A stretch of 57,732 nucleotides of DNA, the filler included, from Sphacelaria rigidula (taxonomy: Eukaryota): NCBI GenBank assembly GCA_964200075.2. It is 2 parts of 2 records of this genome, joined end to end, with 100 filler letters (N's around TTAATTAATTAA, not from the genome) between each part and the next. Parts side by side here need not be neighbours in the genome. Positions count along the whole stretch, not along the records: positions 1 to 28,850 come from CAXNAA020000093.1; 1 more part is not named here. The stretch is one strand, 5' to 3'. Below are positions 1 through 13,800 of this stretch, one piece after another. Every line of letters begins with the position of its first letter. Position 1 is the first letter of the stretch. The notes below the pieces were generated by a model. The model searched no databases and had not been told where the DNA came from. It was given only the letters and a program-made list of their open reading frames with translations. A program made the position numbers and the translations under genes.

Positions 1-980
1 CGCTCTTCACTCTCAATCGTATCATCTACTCTCAATCTCACGAAAACACTGTTAGGTGTAGACTGGCGTCCAGAATAGATGGGACGACAACACACAACAC
101 ACACATCCAACTACTGTCAAGCGTTATATTTTTTGCGCCATGGGAAGTCGTGGTATCAAATGTGCTCGACATAGATACACGCACACAAAATGTACGCCAC
201 AAACTTCGTGCCTGTGCGAGTGTCAGGGAAAATCGTCGGCATCGAGGATAATGAAGAATACCCCACGTTCTGTAACCATCGTAGAAAACGGGACACAAAA
301 CCGCGAAACGCGTTCAACGATGCCTGTGGACGATGACGGTGACTGTGATGGGGACAAGCGAGTAGCCGGCCATGCGCACTCTGCACGTCTTCAGTGATGA
401 AACCAGAGCATAATTATCAACACCGATGTCCAAGAACCCATGAACGTCTTGCGCAACCCTGGCTTGAAGCAGCATCAGCAAAATATCACACGACCTAGTC
501 GAAACATGATACAGGAAAAGGAACCCCTCGCTGGATCATGTATTGCGAACACGTATGGAGGTCCTTTCAAGGTAGCTTAAGGTATTCTGCACATCGGCAC
601 GTACGTCAAAACCTGACGCGTCCCACCGTGACACTAACGCTAGCCACTACGGTTGACCGAACCGTCGCCCGTGGGCACAGGACGACTGGCCATGTCAAGG
701 GTTCTTGATTTGTCGGCATGATCCCTGTGACTACCGCGGCACACGCACGTGCGACAACCCTGAACTCACTCAGCCGAAGGACGCGTAGTCCGAGCAGGTC
801 CAATACCCACTCGTCCCTGGCAGATATCGCTTCTGTCGTCTGCTCGCCCTTCTCACCGTGATCATGGTGAGGAGCACGTGAGAAATCTACATGACGGCTG
901 CTCCCTGTGCAGTACACTTGAAAAACAAATCACCCTCGGTACCGCCCTCCCGCACAAAAACTGCACACTACCCAAACAAA

Positions 981-1829
981 TCAATTCCGGCGCTTGTCCT
1001 TACTGCTCCGGCTCTTCTTGCTTTTCTTCTTGTCCTTCCTGCCTCCATCTCCATCTTCCTCCGACCTGTTGCTGCTGCGGTCCCTGTCGTGACGCCCTCC
1101 CTTCCTACTACTGCCACGGGCGTCGTCATCATGATACCCACCGCCTTCCATAACCCCACCACCGGATCCCCCACCACGACCATGACCGTCATACATTGGA
1201 GATCGATCCTTATGCATGTCTCTTTGCGACATCTGCATCCTGCTTCCCCCACCCCCTCCTCCGCCACCTCCATAACTCCTGGGCCGTGCCGCATCATCAC
1301 CGTACCCCCTGGACCACCCCGCATCAACTGAAGATCTCGAAGGCCCCTCCTCGACAGGCATCTGCATCGCGTCTGCTGGACGCATCCTCTTGCTATCAAA
1401 AGCCTGGCTAGGGTCCCCTTCCTCGAAGTAGTCTTCCGCGTAACCGCCCACGTCACCCCCCCCACCACGATCTGAATCCACGCTACGGCCCCTTTTTGCT
1501 CGCGAGGACGTGCCCCCCCCTCCCCCCCCTCCCCCACTGCCGGTTCGCTCTACCGTTCTGCCTCCCCCGCCCCTTGAAGTCCTTGAACGTTGTTCATCAT
1601 CGTTCACCCGAGGGCTACGGCCGTTGTTGTCGTCAGTGTATCCACCCCCCCGAGAGGACCCTCCCATGCTGCTCCCACCACCACTCACACGTACGTTTGG
1701 GTCATCCCGAGAGCTTCGCCTGGAGGTGGTGATAACAACCTCCCTCTTGCTTGAGGCGTGAGAGACTGCGAGTGTTCCTGTGCCTGTCAGCGAGCCCGTG
1801 CCTCGCTCCATTTCCTTTGTGGCCAGTGT
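981..1829 (-). CDS. THOC2: THOC2 terminal exon: Gly/Arg/Asp-rich low-complexity tail ending in a Lys/Arg-rich NLS-like segment
   Basis: CAG acceptor at 1830-1832, phase 0 matching the previous exon; ORF 981..2117 ends RKDKKKSKKSRSSKDKRRN*; charged low-complexity C-termini are typical of THOC2. Confidence 0.8.
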   Translation of the reverse strand, partial: TLATKEMERGTGSLTGTGTLAVSHASSKREVVITTSRRSSRDDPNVRVSGGGSSMGGSSRGGGYTDDNNGRSPRVNDDEQRSRTSRGGGGRTVERTGSGGGGGGGGTSSRAKRGRSVDSDRGGGGDVGGYAEDYFEEGDPSQAFDSKRMRPADAMQMPVEEGPSRSSVDAGWSRGYGDDAARPRSYGGGGGGGGGSRMQMSQRDMHKDRSPMYDGHGRGGGSGGGVMEGGGYHDDDARGSSRKGGRHDRDRSSNRSEEDGDGGRKDKKKSKKSRSSKDKRRN

Positions 1830-4800
1830 CTGGCCGTGTGTTGACAGGAGCGAAATGACACGGGGCATAGGTGCGTATCTACAGTCAGATAGCGTACGTA
1901 CCCCACGGCCAACATGCTCCAGACTGAATATTTGACGGGATGGTTGTCCCAAAGCAGTACAGTACAAAATTTCAGACAGGAAGTCTCTCCACAAGCATAT
2001 TAGTGACGGAGCAGATTCCTCGGTACACAAGTTGTACATGGCTGAGAATAAACACTCAAGCCGGCTCGACGTGTGTCCTGCATAACAGCAGACGAAAATA
2101 CCCATAGAGCATCGCACAAAAACCAGAAAAAACTAACCCCCTCAAGCGCGTTCTTCAACGTGCAACCCTGCCCCTAGCACGGACCTTGGCACGAGAATCC
2201 GCGTCACTGCCCCTGCTTCCCCGCTCTCGACTGTTCCTGGCCGCCCCCCCCCCACTGGATTGCTGTGTTTGCCCCTGGGCCGCCCCCCCTCCATCTCTTC
2301 TATCTCCCTTGGCTGCAGGAGCCCTAGAGGAGGTGGAGGTTTGTGCAGACCTCCCGCTTAATCTACTGGTTGCGGCGGGTGTTTTCGCAGATGCTACAGC
2401 ATTCGTGGATAGCGTACCGTTGCCGCTGCCTGGCACGGTGGAACTTGACGTCTTTTGGCTCGAGCTCTTGCTGCTGCTGCCACTGCTGTTGGCAGCTACT
2501 CTTTTGCTCTGTCGAGTTGCGCGGAGACAGGAGCAGTTGCGGTGGCGTAAGGGTAAGTTCCAAGCATCTGTACGTGTTGCATGATAAGTGCATGTCACGT
2601 GCTGCATGCAGTCTTACATGAGCATGTCAAAGACCTCACAGTCCCGAAAGTGTACGCTGTATTCTAATGCGGGCAAGACACGAGGGGACAACACAACCTC
2701 TGCAACGTCTTCAACCACCGCCCCCTTCCCTTCCATCCCTTTCCCCTCCCCCAAAACCGGACCTCTTGTGCAGTGGACGAACCAGACCCTGCGGACGTCC
2801 CTCCCCCTGATGCACTAGCAACGGTAGAACCACCGCCTTTACCATCCATTCTCAGCGTCTTCGTAGGCCGAGTCACTTGCTGCGAAGTCGGGCTAGCACT
2901 GTCTCGACTCCTCTTCGATGCCGACCCCCCCCCGGCTTGGCCACTCTGTGATACAGCTGCTGCTCCCGGGGACGCTTTACCAACGGTTGTTTTGTTGCTA
3001 GCCGACGGCGAGGACACACTCGGCTCTTTCTTTACCGTGGCGGTAAGGTGGCTGGTGGCGTTGGTGGGTGTGACAGATTTTGCTGCACTTTGCGAAGGCT
3101 TGGAGGTGGTCGTGGATTTGGAGGGCACGAACGGCGCAGCTGATATGGACAAGGATGTCTTGCTGCTAGTGCTACCCGCACTCTTGCTGCTGTTCGCGCG
3201 GTTTAGACCTTCGACCGTGCGTCCGCTAGGCTTCGTCGTGCTTGCTGCTGTTGCCACAGCTGGAGGGGTGGATGTTTTGGGCGTGGCAGCATTTGTCTTC
3301 GAAGACCTGCCAATCAAAAGCCACGCGAATACAAGACACGGAGGTGCATTAGGGCGTGGATAAGTTGCAGCTCCACGTATCAACATCAGATATCATGCCT
3401 GGTGTTTTTGTACATGACCTGCTGGGATAGCGCGTCTAAGAGTGATGAGCGTATGGCCAATGAGTTAGCCCTTAAACGCGCTGCGGCGTGAATAATGCAG
3501 CCGTGCTGTCACCCCCAACACCTCACGCACGCCGCGTTTTACCACGCCTACGGAAAACCTGTCGGGAGTGTGTGCCCAAAGCTGCGTACAGGTCACCAGG
3601 CAACTCGCAGGATCACGTCAAATGAGAGCACGCGCTGGGCACATGATGAAGGAAGTCATCGTGGCAACTTGTGGCGACATTCTCAACGTCACCTCTCACG
3701 TTTGGGAGCTGACTGACAAGGTACCAACCACTCACTGTGCTATGTCTGGTATACATCTGTAAGTCTATTCGCAATTGATGACCAAAATTGTAATTCTAGA
3801 CGTTCAAGGTACGAAACTCGCCCGCTAGAAGCCGTGGTGGTCTTGTTTTGTCCTTGTGGTGTAGGCTTGGGAACGTCAGGGTCAGGTCCAGCTTCAGCGA
3901 TCTGCACACCACAACAAAGCAAGTAAATAGCCGAACAGAAACAAAACAAAGTCGGCATGAGATCAAGCCATGCTCCGCGAAGGTCGGTAGAAACAAAACA
4001 ACCTGCGAATGATCCAATGAAAAGCGCCAGCGCCAGCGACTGATGATGACCGGAATACACCACCGGCTCCGCACTCTAGTGAACATTGTAGTAAATTGGT
4101 CGGAAAGCAGAGAAAGCAGAGAGCCAGCCCACAGACATGAGGGTATGATAAAATAAAGCCCTTGCGATCTACGAATCAAATTGTTCCACGTGCCTCAATC
4201 CCAGACACACACCAGACACACGGCCGTGCTCGACGATGAGAAGAAGCTACCCCACCGGCACAGGAGCACGGATTACAACGAAGCAGTGCCCACACCACTT
4301 GCCGATAAATGTTTCACGTTACACCATAAATATGCTGGATCATACATGAAGCTACACTTGATTGCGCAATACAACCGCCGGCTATCAAGGAACTAAGGTG
4401 AGCACCTGCTTCTTGAGCTGCGTAACTACCCCAGTGCAAGGCACGCGAATGTCATCCCTGGGCTCGTTGGCTTTGTCTGTCATTGGTTCCAGCTTGGCGA
4501 GCAGCATCTTCCTCTCCGCTTGGGAAAGAGGGCATGACTGACAACGAAGCACATTATGCGTGAATAGCAGCAGCGGCGATAGCACACGAAGAAATAAGGT
4601 ATGGTCGCGTACTGACCCATGATGGCATTGCAGGGATTGATGTGACCTGTCAATCCGTCGACCTGAGGGTTTGCTGTAGGGTTAGAGATTGCATATTTTC
4701 CACGTTAAACTCCCGCGCCCTGCTGGTCTAATGGTACAAGTGGTATGAGTATCAATAGTGCGGGGAAAACGCGGATTCGATTCTTGGCACATGCCTTGGG

Positions 4801-7800
4801 TCCGATTTCCGTCGTTGAAAGCGTGAGAACGTGACTTAAAATATTATGTTTGGCTAAGTTTGTTGGACGACAGTCCACGGATTGCGGGGGTGTTGGTCGT
4901 GATCCACTGCGCGATACCAAAATGTACAGCATGTACTCGGGGAGAGATGGGTTGATCCCTTAAGACCGTCAGACCATGGACTTGTCCGGAGGAAGGAGAG
5001 GAACTAAAAACGAGGGGGGGGGAAATGCATTTGGGTGAATCTTTTCGTACGCGCGAAACGGTATTTGCAGCACATGCCGACTACTGGTTGGCGCCTAGAA
5101 CTGATTCTACGGTACCCCACGTTCGGAGTGGGAAAATTGACGATTTCTTCGTGATTGGCGATTTTCTTGGGTTATTTTGCCTGCCCCCGCTCATCACATT
5201 GAGGACCTGAAGATACTAGTATCAGCGCCACATGCCAAGAAAAAAAACCATCTGTACTTGATATTGAGTGGCTTGCGGGCTGACGGGTCATCGGGGGTCC
5301 TGCCACTTCGGTATTTTCGGTCGATCAAGCCTGTTCTGATCGCATTTTTGAAGAAATGAAACAGCTTTTTTTTAAATTTCATCTATTTACTGCACTAGAG
5401 CCGAATAACTGTGTCACGGCCAATGGCACCCTCCTGATAAACAAGGCATCTACGCGTATCGCCCGATGCCACCGACCAACACTAAGTTGGGCACTGGAGA
5501 GGGAAGACGATCTGTTTATTTTATCGGAATCTATCAACACTACCAAATTCGAGTTCTATCGAAGAGTATAAGCGAGCGAAATCCCAACATAGGCGGTCCC
5601 CATTTGGAACGTGGGGGTGGGGTACCACATGTCCGGAGCAGCACTACAATCGAAAAAATCCCCGGTGGGCAAACAGCGTTACAGTACCGAGTAATGAGTC
5701 AAGTTCACTATAAAGTGATGAGTCAAGTTCACTATCAATTGACCGGTATTGTATCCATTAAATCCACCGAACCAAACAACTGGTCAATGACTGATCAAGA
5801 GGTGAGTGGTGAGAGTCCTGAATAGAGGCCATGTACCTCAACGATCTTGCTGAACATGATTAGACCGCACTTGATGAGGAGGAACTCATCGCTGGTGAGG
5901 GCTGCCAGCAGCGTCTTCGTCACCTGGTGCACATATTGCCGCACGCCGCAACGAGACACCAACGCACACCAGTACGAGGCATCGAGGTTACAGTGACGAA
6001 ATATCAACCATGTGTCAGCGATGGGTTCAGAACTCACAGCAGCACAGCACTTCAACAAAGGCAGAACGGCGAAACGAGGACAGCAGAAGACGAGACGACG
6101 ACGGTGAGGCAAACACAAAAGCTACGAGATGGGCCAGCCTGAAAACGGACAGTTCTCGTACCATCGATAACGTTTCAAGTTCAACGCTTATGCCGGATAC
6201 AAGTATGTCGCTGTGAAGAGCAGACCAACCTGCTGATGCACACTGTTGTAAAAAAAAGAGAGAAAAAAAAATGCACGATAACATGAAGATAACGACGGAG
6301 CCAAGTTGTGAAAAAAAACACCATGTGTCGGGATTCGAACTCCATGGCCCTCCGCCCTTGTGGAAGTCTCGTCCAGTATACCAGCAAGACATCGAGGTGA
6401 AACGGTGTCACACAAAAAGTGGAATGCACGGCCCAATTTGAGGAGTTTTGAGCTGAATTTTAACACGTACGTTCTGCACGTCGAACGCAAAAATTGACCG
6501 CGAAATCGGTTTGTTGAGCTTTGATATATTTAATTTTTGGTTAGAATCTCAAACTGGCTCTAATTCGCTGTTCGCTTTCTTTTTTTTTCTTCTTCTGGCT
6601 ACCGCGGTCCGTTCTTGCGTCTCGATTATACCTCATGAAAACCTTTTATCAAAATTTCAGCTTGTGACTCTTGAAAACAAGCCGTGCACGGCTGATCAAG
6701 CACCACAACCCTCTGCAAGCTGGCCCAGTAATAACAACGTACGAACACGAACCAAAGCGATCCCAACAGCAACGCGAGATGCAACAAGCGACGCAGCTCC
6801 AGCCTATGGTGACGGGGCGAGCTCGTCATGAACGAAATGTGAAAAGCACAAGACGAAAAAGTGAAAGCGGAAGCTATCACGTAAGTGGCAATACATCACG
6901 CGTTACCTTTCCTGCGAACTACGCCACATCTTAAATTTCCCAACAGAAAGGGCACTATCTCTGCATCATATATCGTAACACGCCGAAGCACAGAGTGTGG
7001 TGCTGACAGTCAGCTTACCTGCATGCTCCACTTCGCCGAAACCTCGACGAAGTGCTTCTGCGCAACCTGCGGGCCCTTGGCTGTGTCGTTGTCGTTGTAG
7101 GCGTTATCGCGAACGAAATGGAGGAAGAAGAGCAGATGCGTGAAAAGACGTGAGCTGTATAATTGATTGATGTTTGTAAAAAATGCTTGACACGTGAACA
7201 CAGGTCTGGCCACGGCAGTCTCGCAGTTGTTTCCCTTGTCGTACTTGTGAGCTAGTACTAGTGACCTCACCCCGTCTTCAAAACAAGTCCCTGGCCTTAC
7301 GGGATGAAGCCGTATCTACCGCGGTATTTACCTCGCACATCATCACCGCATGTCGAATAATGACCAATGCCGCGGTCTGTTGACTCTTCATTTCCCGAAC
7401 TTCCCTGGCAAAAAAAGTCATGGTGAAGTTCAAACCCAAGAGATCTCACAAACGCTCATGCCCTCGCGAGCGTGGTGGCGAAAACGTTTTTTCCAAGAAG
7501 GGAGGTCGTAATTTCAACTCACCCCCTCCCTCGGGACGAGCATTTGTCTCCATGTCTCCAGAGTCAATCCTTCCCTCCCCCGGTACACCCCCAATATTTT
7601 GCTATCGAGGATTAGATCAGCACTCCCACACCCCGTCCATCTCGCCACATCATCTTTGCTACTCACATCTTCACGCTTTCAACGACAAAAACCGGACTCT
7701 GCTAAAAACAAAACCCGCATGTGTCGGCATGTGTCGGGGTTCGTACCCCCGACCTTCCGCCGCCAAAGTGGCCATTGGTGCAGCAGTCAAGACCACCAGG

Positions 7801-10800
7801 GCGCCGCGGCTGTAGTGTACAGTGTACTGCGAAAATACCATGGCCAAATGGCTCCGCCGGTCAATTGGATAGCCGTACAGTCCGTGAAACCTGGTTTTGC
7901 AGCTCCTCAAGGATGCAATACCACAGCACTGTGAAGGCATAAGAGCTGAAAGCCTCCACGCGACGCGGCCTCGAATTCCCTCGCCCCCGACCTCCCAGAC
8001 AACGCTTCCTTAGCTACTACTGAACGGGCACCTTTGGGATCGGTGTTTCCCGCTGCGTGGGGTTGTAGGTTGAAGCCGTGCTTAGTAGCAGCCTCCATCT
8101 TGAAGATAGCCTCATTGCCAGACTTGCGCCACTCCCTATTTGGGTCACGAAAAGCGCCGGCGGGAGATGAATTCATTTTATACATGGTGAACATTGCAGA
8201 ACTGACGGGTCGAGAGGTTTCATCGCAAGGGCGGTCCACAAGCAAGTGGTCGCCTACACGCGGCACCATCCTTACGAGCACACCTCAGTGGGATGATTTT
8301 TTTTCCAGTACATGTTCCAAGACAAGAGAGACAAGGCTCCCTCTCTACGTCGACAGTATTGCCACATGTTTCAACGTAGTATTCCAAGACGAAGACGATA
8401 CTTACTTGACATTTTCGAGAAGGTCTTTCAAGAAGAAGCCCAGGCTGGCCGCTTCGTACTGCGTCTTGCACAGCAGCGTAGGACACATGCACAAGAATGA
8501 CTTCTCGTAGAACAGGAGGCTGCATGGCACAGTAATGAAAAAAGCACACGCGCGCGTCAGATGAGATTGAGGAATTAATTTCGATGCACTGAGGATTGTC
8601 GGCAGATCCCGAGGTCCTGAGCGTGCGTTGCGTACAGTGGACGTAGAAACACACAGAACAAAGCACCTTTGCGCACCGACATCGCACATGGGGATAGAGG
8701 TGTCGAAGTTCACATGCGACGAAAGTTGACTAAATAGACGGAGGCCTGCGGGGGCATTGTACGTGCACACAGCTCGCCTCAAACGTGAAGGTGGTCAAGA
8801 TCTACGGTCAAGAGCAGGCAACAACAATCCTGAGGGTCTACAGCGCATTTAGGGCTTGAATAAAGCTAACGCGTGTAAACGGAACGCACAACACCCGCGA
8901 TCAACAAGCCCTTTTCCGCTCGAACTGGGAAATTCAACCAAGCCAATGGCAGCACAGAGTGAACACAACCGACCCCTATTCGGACGGATCGTCTGCGCTT
9001 GCTTGTCCGCGGTCGATGCTCATCTTTTAAACCATACTAGCAACGTAAATTGATTGGACAGCCGCAACATTGCTGTTGTCTGCGGGAGACGATCTGATCA
9101 TTTCACCTGTTGAAATCGGGGGCCTCAATGGCATGTAGAGTGTTGAAAAACTTAGAGCAGAAGTACGCCTCCTCTGGACCCATGCCGATTCGAGGCGCCA
9201 CCAGGCTTTTTAGCACAGCCTGCAAATACGTTGGCGCCATGACCCACTTAGTTTATAAAAGTATTAGTCATGAGTCAGTACGCATCAATTGGGTCATGAC
9301 CTATACTACAACATTATTCATTGCCGAGCACTGTTTTGGTCATTTTCCGGCTATACAACGCGTGCGAGCCAGCCATTCTTCAATTTATATACCCCCCAAT
9401 ACGCGTACGACAGTTGTGTCATGATCCGGCACTACGCAGAAACCGCAACATTCTGACAACTGCTGCTGATTATAACGTACGATTATAACGTACGAGAACG
9501 ATAGAAACTACTTACACGAACGCTCTCGGCTCGGTCTGGCTGATCGTTTTTGCGGAACAGCTCCCCTTTGATCTCTCGAAGCTTGTTCTTCACCCGTTTC
9601 ACGTGCGCCATCTGTTCCGCTTTTTCTTTCTCCAAAGAGGACACCATAGGGTCACACCTGAAGTTATCAAAGAATAACGACGACAAACATGAAACTGTGA
9701 AAGACGCTTACAGTAGGTAAACAGTGCAACGCAACGGCACAAGGCTCACCATGGTACCTGTATCACCGTACCACACGTGATGCAACCATACGACAAATCA
9801 ACAAGGCGGAAGGAAATAGCAAGCAACACGGGAAAAAACACACCCCAGAGGGCGAAGCTGTACCGCACTCCCGGTGACGCTTCACACCTCATAACTCCCG
9901 TCAGAAAACGAAATGGACACACCGGAATATTACTTTTTTGCGGCACTGCACAACTCCGGTAGCATCTTATCGATGTGCCTAATTAAAGTGCACATGTCAA
10001 CGGCCGTTTAAGCTCAAGCCCCAAACGACACAGGCCATCACCGGTTGAAAGTAACAGTACTCCTGAAAGTGGACGTTCTAAGCGATTAAATTGCTACAAA
10101 CCCTACCGTGTCAACTTTCATACCCCTACGCTTCTCGGTTTCCAAATTCAAGAAAGCCGTCGGCTATACCGCTCCAATTTTCAATGGTAGCAGGGGAATG
10201 CGTCTTCTACTGCATTCGTATGCAAAGGAACAGTTCCTCAAAATCAGCCTGGCGATGCCTTTTTTCCATCTCCGCGACCCCGTCTGTACACTTCACATCC
10301 AGACAGATTTTTCCACTGTTCCAAAGTTCCTACCGCCGCCACCACTATAACCTACATCACGCCTACTGGCGATGCACGTGATACTAGCTGCTATTGAGAA
10401 TCGACCAAGAACGTGCGCTCAATGCCTTTACGAAAACCCGAACGCGTGCTCGCCTCTTGAGATCAGTCTCGTACTGTATCTTTTCGGCCTTGTTGAGCTT
10501 CTCCGTAGCGTTTACGTCCTCGTGCAGCTTGCTCTTCGCTCTGCTCTTCGCGTCCTGCATGTTGCTCACCACCGCAGCATACCGTTTCGTTGGCACGTAG
10601 ACATCACTCCTGTCAACAACAATTGCGTAATTGTACGTGAGGGGGAATGCGAGATTGGATGAGATTGGATGAGATGAGGATGGGGTGCTTGTCACGTAGA
10701 CATCGCCCGCCCTTCACCACAAACACACCAACATTAGCCTGTGCAAAAGCTGGATGGTGGTGGCGGCGGCGAGTGAAGGGGGGCCATGAATGCAGACATG

Positions 10801-13800
10801 TAATCTCGTGACGCGTTACACCCAGCGGCTTGGGGGCCTGCGTCAATTAAAGCCGTACTACCACCGAGGGGAGGCCGCGGAGGAAATCGTGTTTCAGAGT
10901 GTTCAGCAAGTATCAAGTCATGAATGCCGCAAAACTCATCACGCGCAGGGGAATCGACCGGGCGAAGCAAACATTCAGTGTGCATGGAGGTGGAACGAGC
11001 GAGAGCGGCTGAATCCAACAAGACAGTGATCGGCTAAAGGTAGTTTCCCGTAGAGTGGACCGCTACAGAAACACGGGTACCCGGAGGGCGCTCATCAAGT
11101 CGAGTAGTAAGAGTCCAGACATACGGTGCTCGAGATGTTAAGACATCATTTGTCTTGGTTCTAGGTAGTTCGAGAGCGTCTTGCCCACAAGACATGATAC
11201 TCACAGAGAGAGAGCCCAAAAGACGACGAGCAGCTTGGAAGCGAGAGGGTCCGAGTCTGGGATAAGGGTGGTTATGTCATCCTCCAGCGCTTTGATGAAG
11301 CGGTCGGGCAGTGTTTCCACTTTCTCATCGACTTCTTTCTTCGTCTTTCGATGCAAAAAAAACGTAACGGCCGAGGCCACGCGGTGACGGACGACAGTGA
11401 CGAATAAGGCCAATCGGTCAAGACACACGAGCATGGATGGCAACACGATCATACACAACCAACATGTCGCAGTGGGTGTGCCACAACAGCACGAAAGTGC
11501 TGAACCGAAGAACCAACACCACAACAACAGGCGTGGTGGGAAGCACGGAATCGAGCCCCACGTTTCTGGTTGACAGCAGCCGGTGACATCATACCCACAT
11601 AATAAGGGTAGGTGACTATCACACTGGCGGCCCATCTAGGAACATGGTACGGTCTGGAGCAGCGCTGGCGCCGCACGACTATTTCCACTGGTTGCCGATG
11701 AGCTACACGTGCCTACATGAGGAGCGATGCGAGTGAAAGAGACACGCCATAGTCCACTAAACACATCCGCACCTTGCCGAACCAGTGCTTCATCAGATTG
11801 TCGTTGATTATTGGACGCCAGATGTGAAATGCCACCCGCGGCTCCAGCTTGTACGTTTTGATCTGCAGCCGAACGAAAAAGAGCACGGGGGAGAGGAAAG
11901 AAGAAATGAAAACAGTCTACTCGTCAACAAGGCAAGTATGCTACACGGGAAAAGATACCACACACACTCCCGAATCGCAAGCAAAGAAGCGACATGAAAC
12001 ATGAACAAGTAAGTCCTGGCAAAACAAATAGCACCGTCATACCCCACAGTTTCTGAGGCCACAAATGCTCAACCAAACGCGGCATGTTCCATGGAGATAT
12101 GCCGGCGTCCGCTCCGACCTCCGTACAATGAGGAACGCTTCCGGTACAGTCCTGAACTGCTCGCTTTGAACCGACGGGCAAACGGATCACAAAACAACGT
12201 CAACTCACCAAGGCTACGAGGCTGGGGCACTTGCTTTTGATCCAAGCCTTGGACGAACACACGAACTCTGATGCCTGCAGCATTGTCGTGTGCGTCTCGT
12301 CCGATCGATGACCCAGCACCTGAAACAGTGGCAGAAAACATCACATCAAACTAAATCGGCGACAACTACTTATCGAACAAGCACGAGGAATGGGATGCCC
12401 GCGAACTTAGCGCATGCTCAACTTGGAATAAGACAGGTCGAGCAGCACGACGACACACTCCAGCTTTGGGCAGCTGCAACCTTCCAAAAACGGCCTCAAG
12501 ACGAAGCCAACAACAGCAAGTCAACCAAATAACGCTATCACCGATCATAACATCATGAAGCCCGATAGTCGTGGGTGCTACTGCACTCGCCTTGAGATGA
12601 GGCTGGGGTCTACCCCTCATCTGATCATCCAACGATCCCCCCTCATACAGCAACGCCTCCGTTTGGTGCGCCGGCAGAATCACTAACGGCACAGCCGCCC
12701 CCGCTTTGTCCATCCCATCCTGCAGCATTTTCTGCGCCTTCTTTATGGGCTTCACGGTGGCTCCGAAGCTTGCGTTTTCCTGCCTCAACACGTCCCCCCC
12801 ACCCTTGCCGTCCACCTGCGCCTGGGTGATGCTCCACCCGTCCAGGACTTGAACGCCGCCTGCCTGATGCAGAACCTCTCTCAGAACCTGCACAGGACAC
12901 GCATCATACGTGGGTGTAACTTCCTACTTACACTGACGTACCGACGACGTATCATGTGCGAGGAGCATCATCTACACGAGCCGCATATCGTTCACGTAGT
13001 CTAGGATAAGTACCACGTTGACGGATAATTGAGTGGTTGGTCATGGGCCCTGCATCGCACATCGACGTCAAAACTCTTGCCGAGGCGGAGGGTTGTATAC
13101 TCCGTTATCGACGATAGGTACCTATTGTTTCCTTTGCCTTGCCGCCACTTGGGTTTTGTAATTTTCGACATGGACTCTTGCTACGATCGCGTCGGAATAC
13201 AGCTCTCCTTTACATACTTGCACGGAGGTTTTTCGTTGAGGAGTAACCATGTCACATACGTGGTTTCGTTGTGTGAAATGGCTCCTCGAAACACCTTCTC
13301 ACGTGGTGCCTATGCCAACGCGGGGTGTTTGGTTTGATAGGGGATTTGGGGGGGTGGGGGGGGGGGGGCACCGTTCATATGACGGTCGCCTGATTTTCAT
13401 CACAAAACGGGTTTCAGCGGGGATTCGGGTCCACTCAGCATGGCGACTTCTTGTGGTCATTGAGAGAAGCAGAATGTCAGCAACATCGTGGCATTCAGTA
13501 CGGCTGTGTATAAGAACCAATGAAGTCATTCGATAGCGACAGATTGTGATCCATTGATTTTGGTGGCCAGCGGGACCAATATATCAAAATTTTGCCAATC
13601 CTGCTGTTGTCGTCATCCACCCCACGCACACATGTTATGCCATTTGTCACTATTTCAGGCTCCATGCACATGAGAGTTGCAAAACATGCATCAAGATTGT
13701 GGCTAGTGGTTATAATCGTATATCCTGCTGCTCACCTTTCAGGCGCTTAAAATCAACATCAGTCTTTTCGAATTTGGACGTATTCCATGTGTTCTCGTTT

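Noticed and set aside
5692..5735. Short tandem duplications (also 9470-9495, 14472-14497)
   Set aside because: Ordinary local slippage duplications in introns.
12420..12480. Alternative THOC2 exon (CVVVLLDLSYSKL)
   Set aside because: No phase-compatible canonical donor; exon 12209-12319 gives the better THOC2 match.
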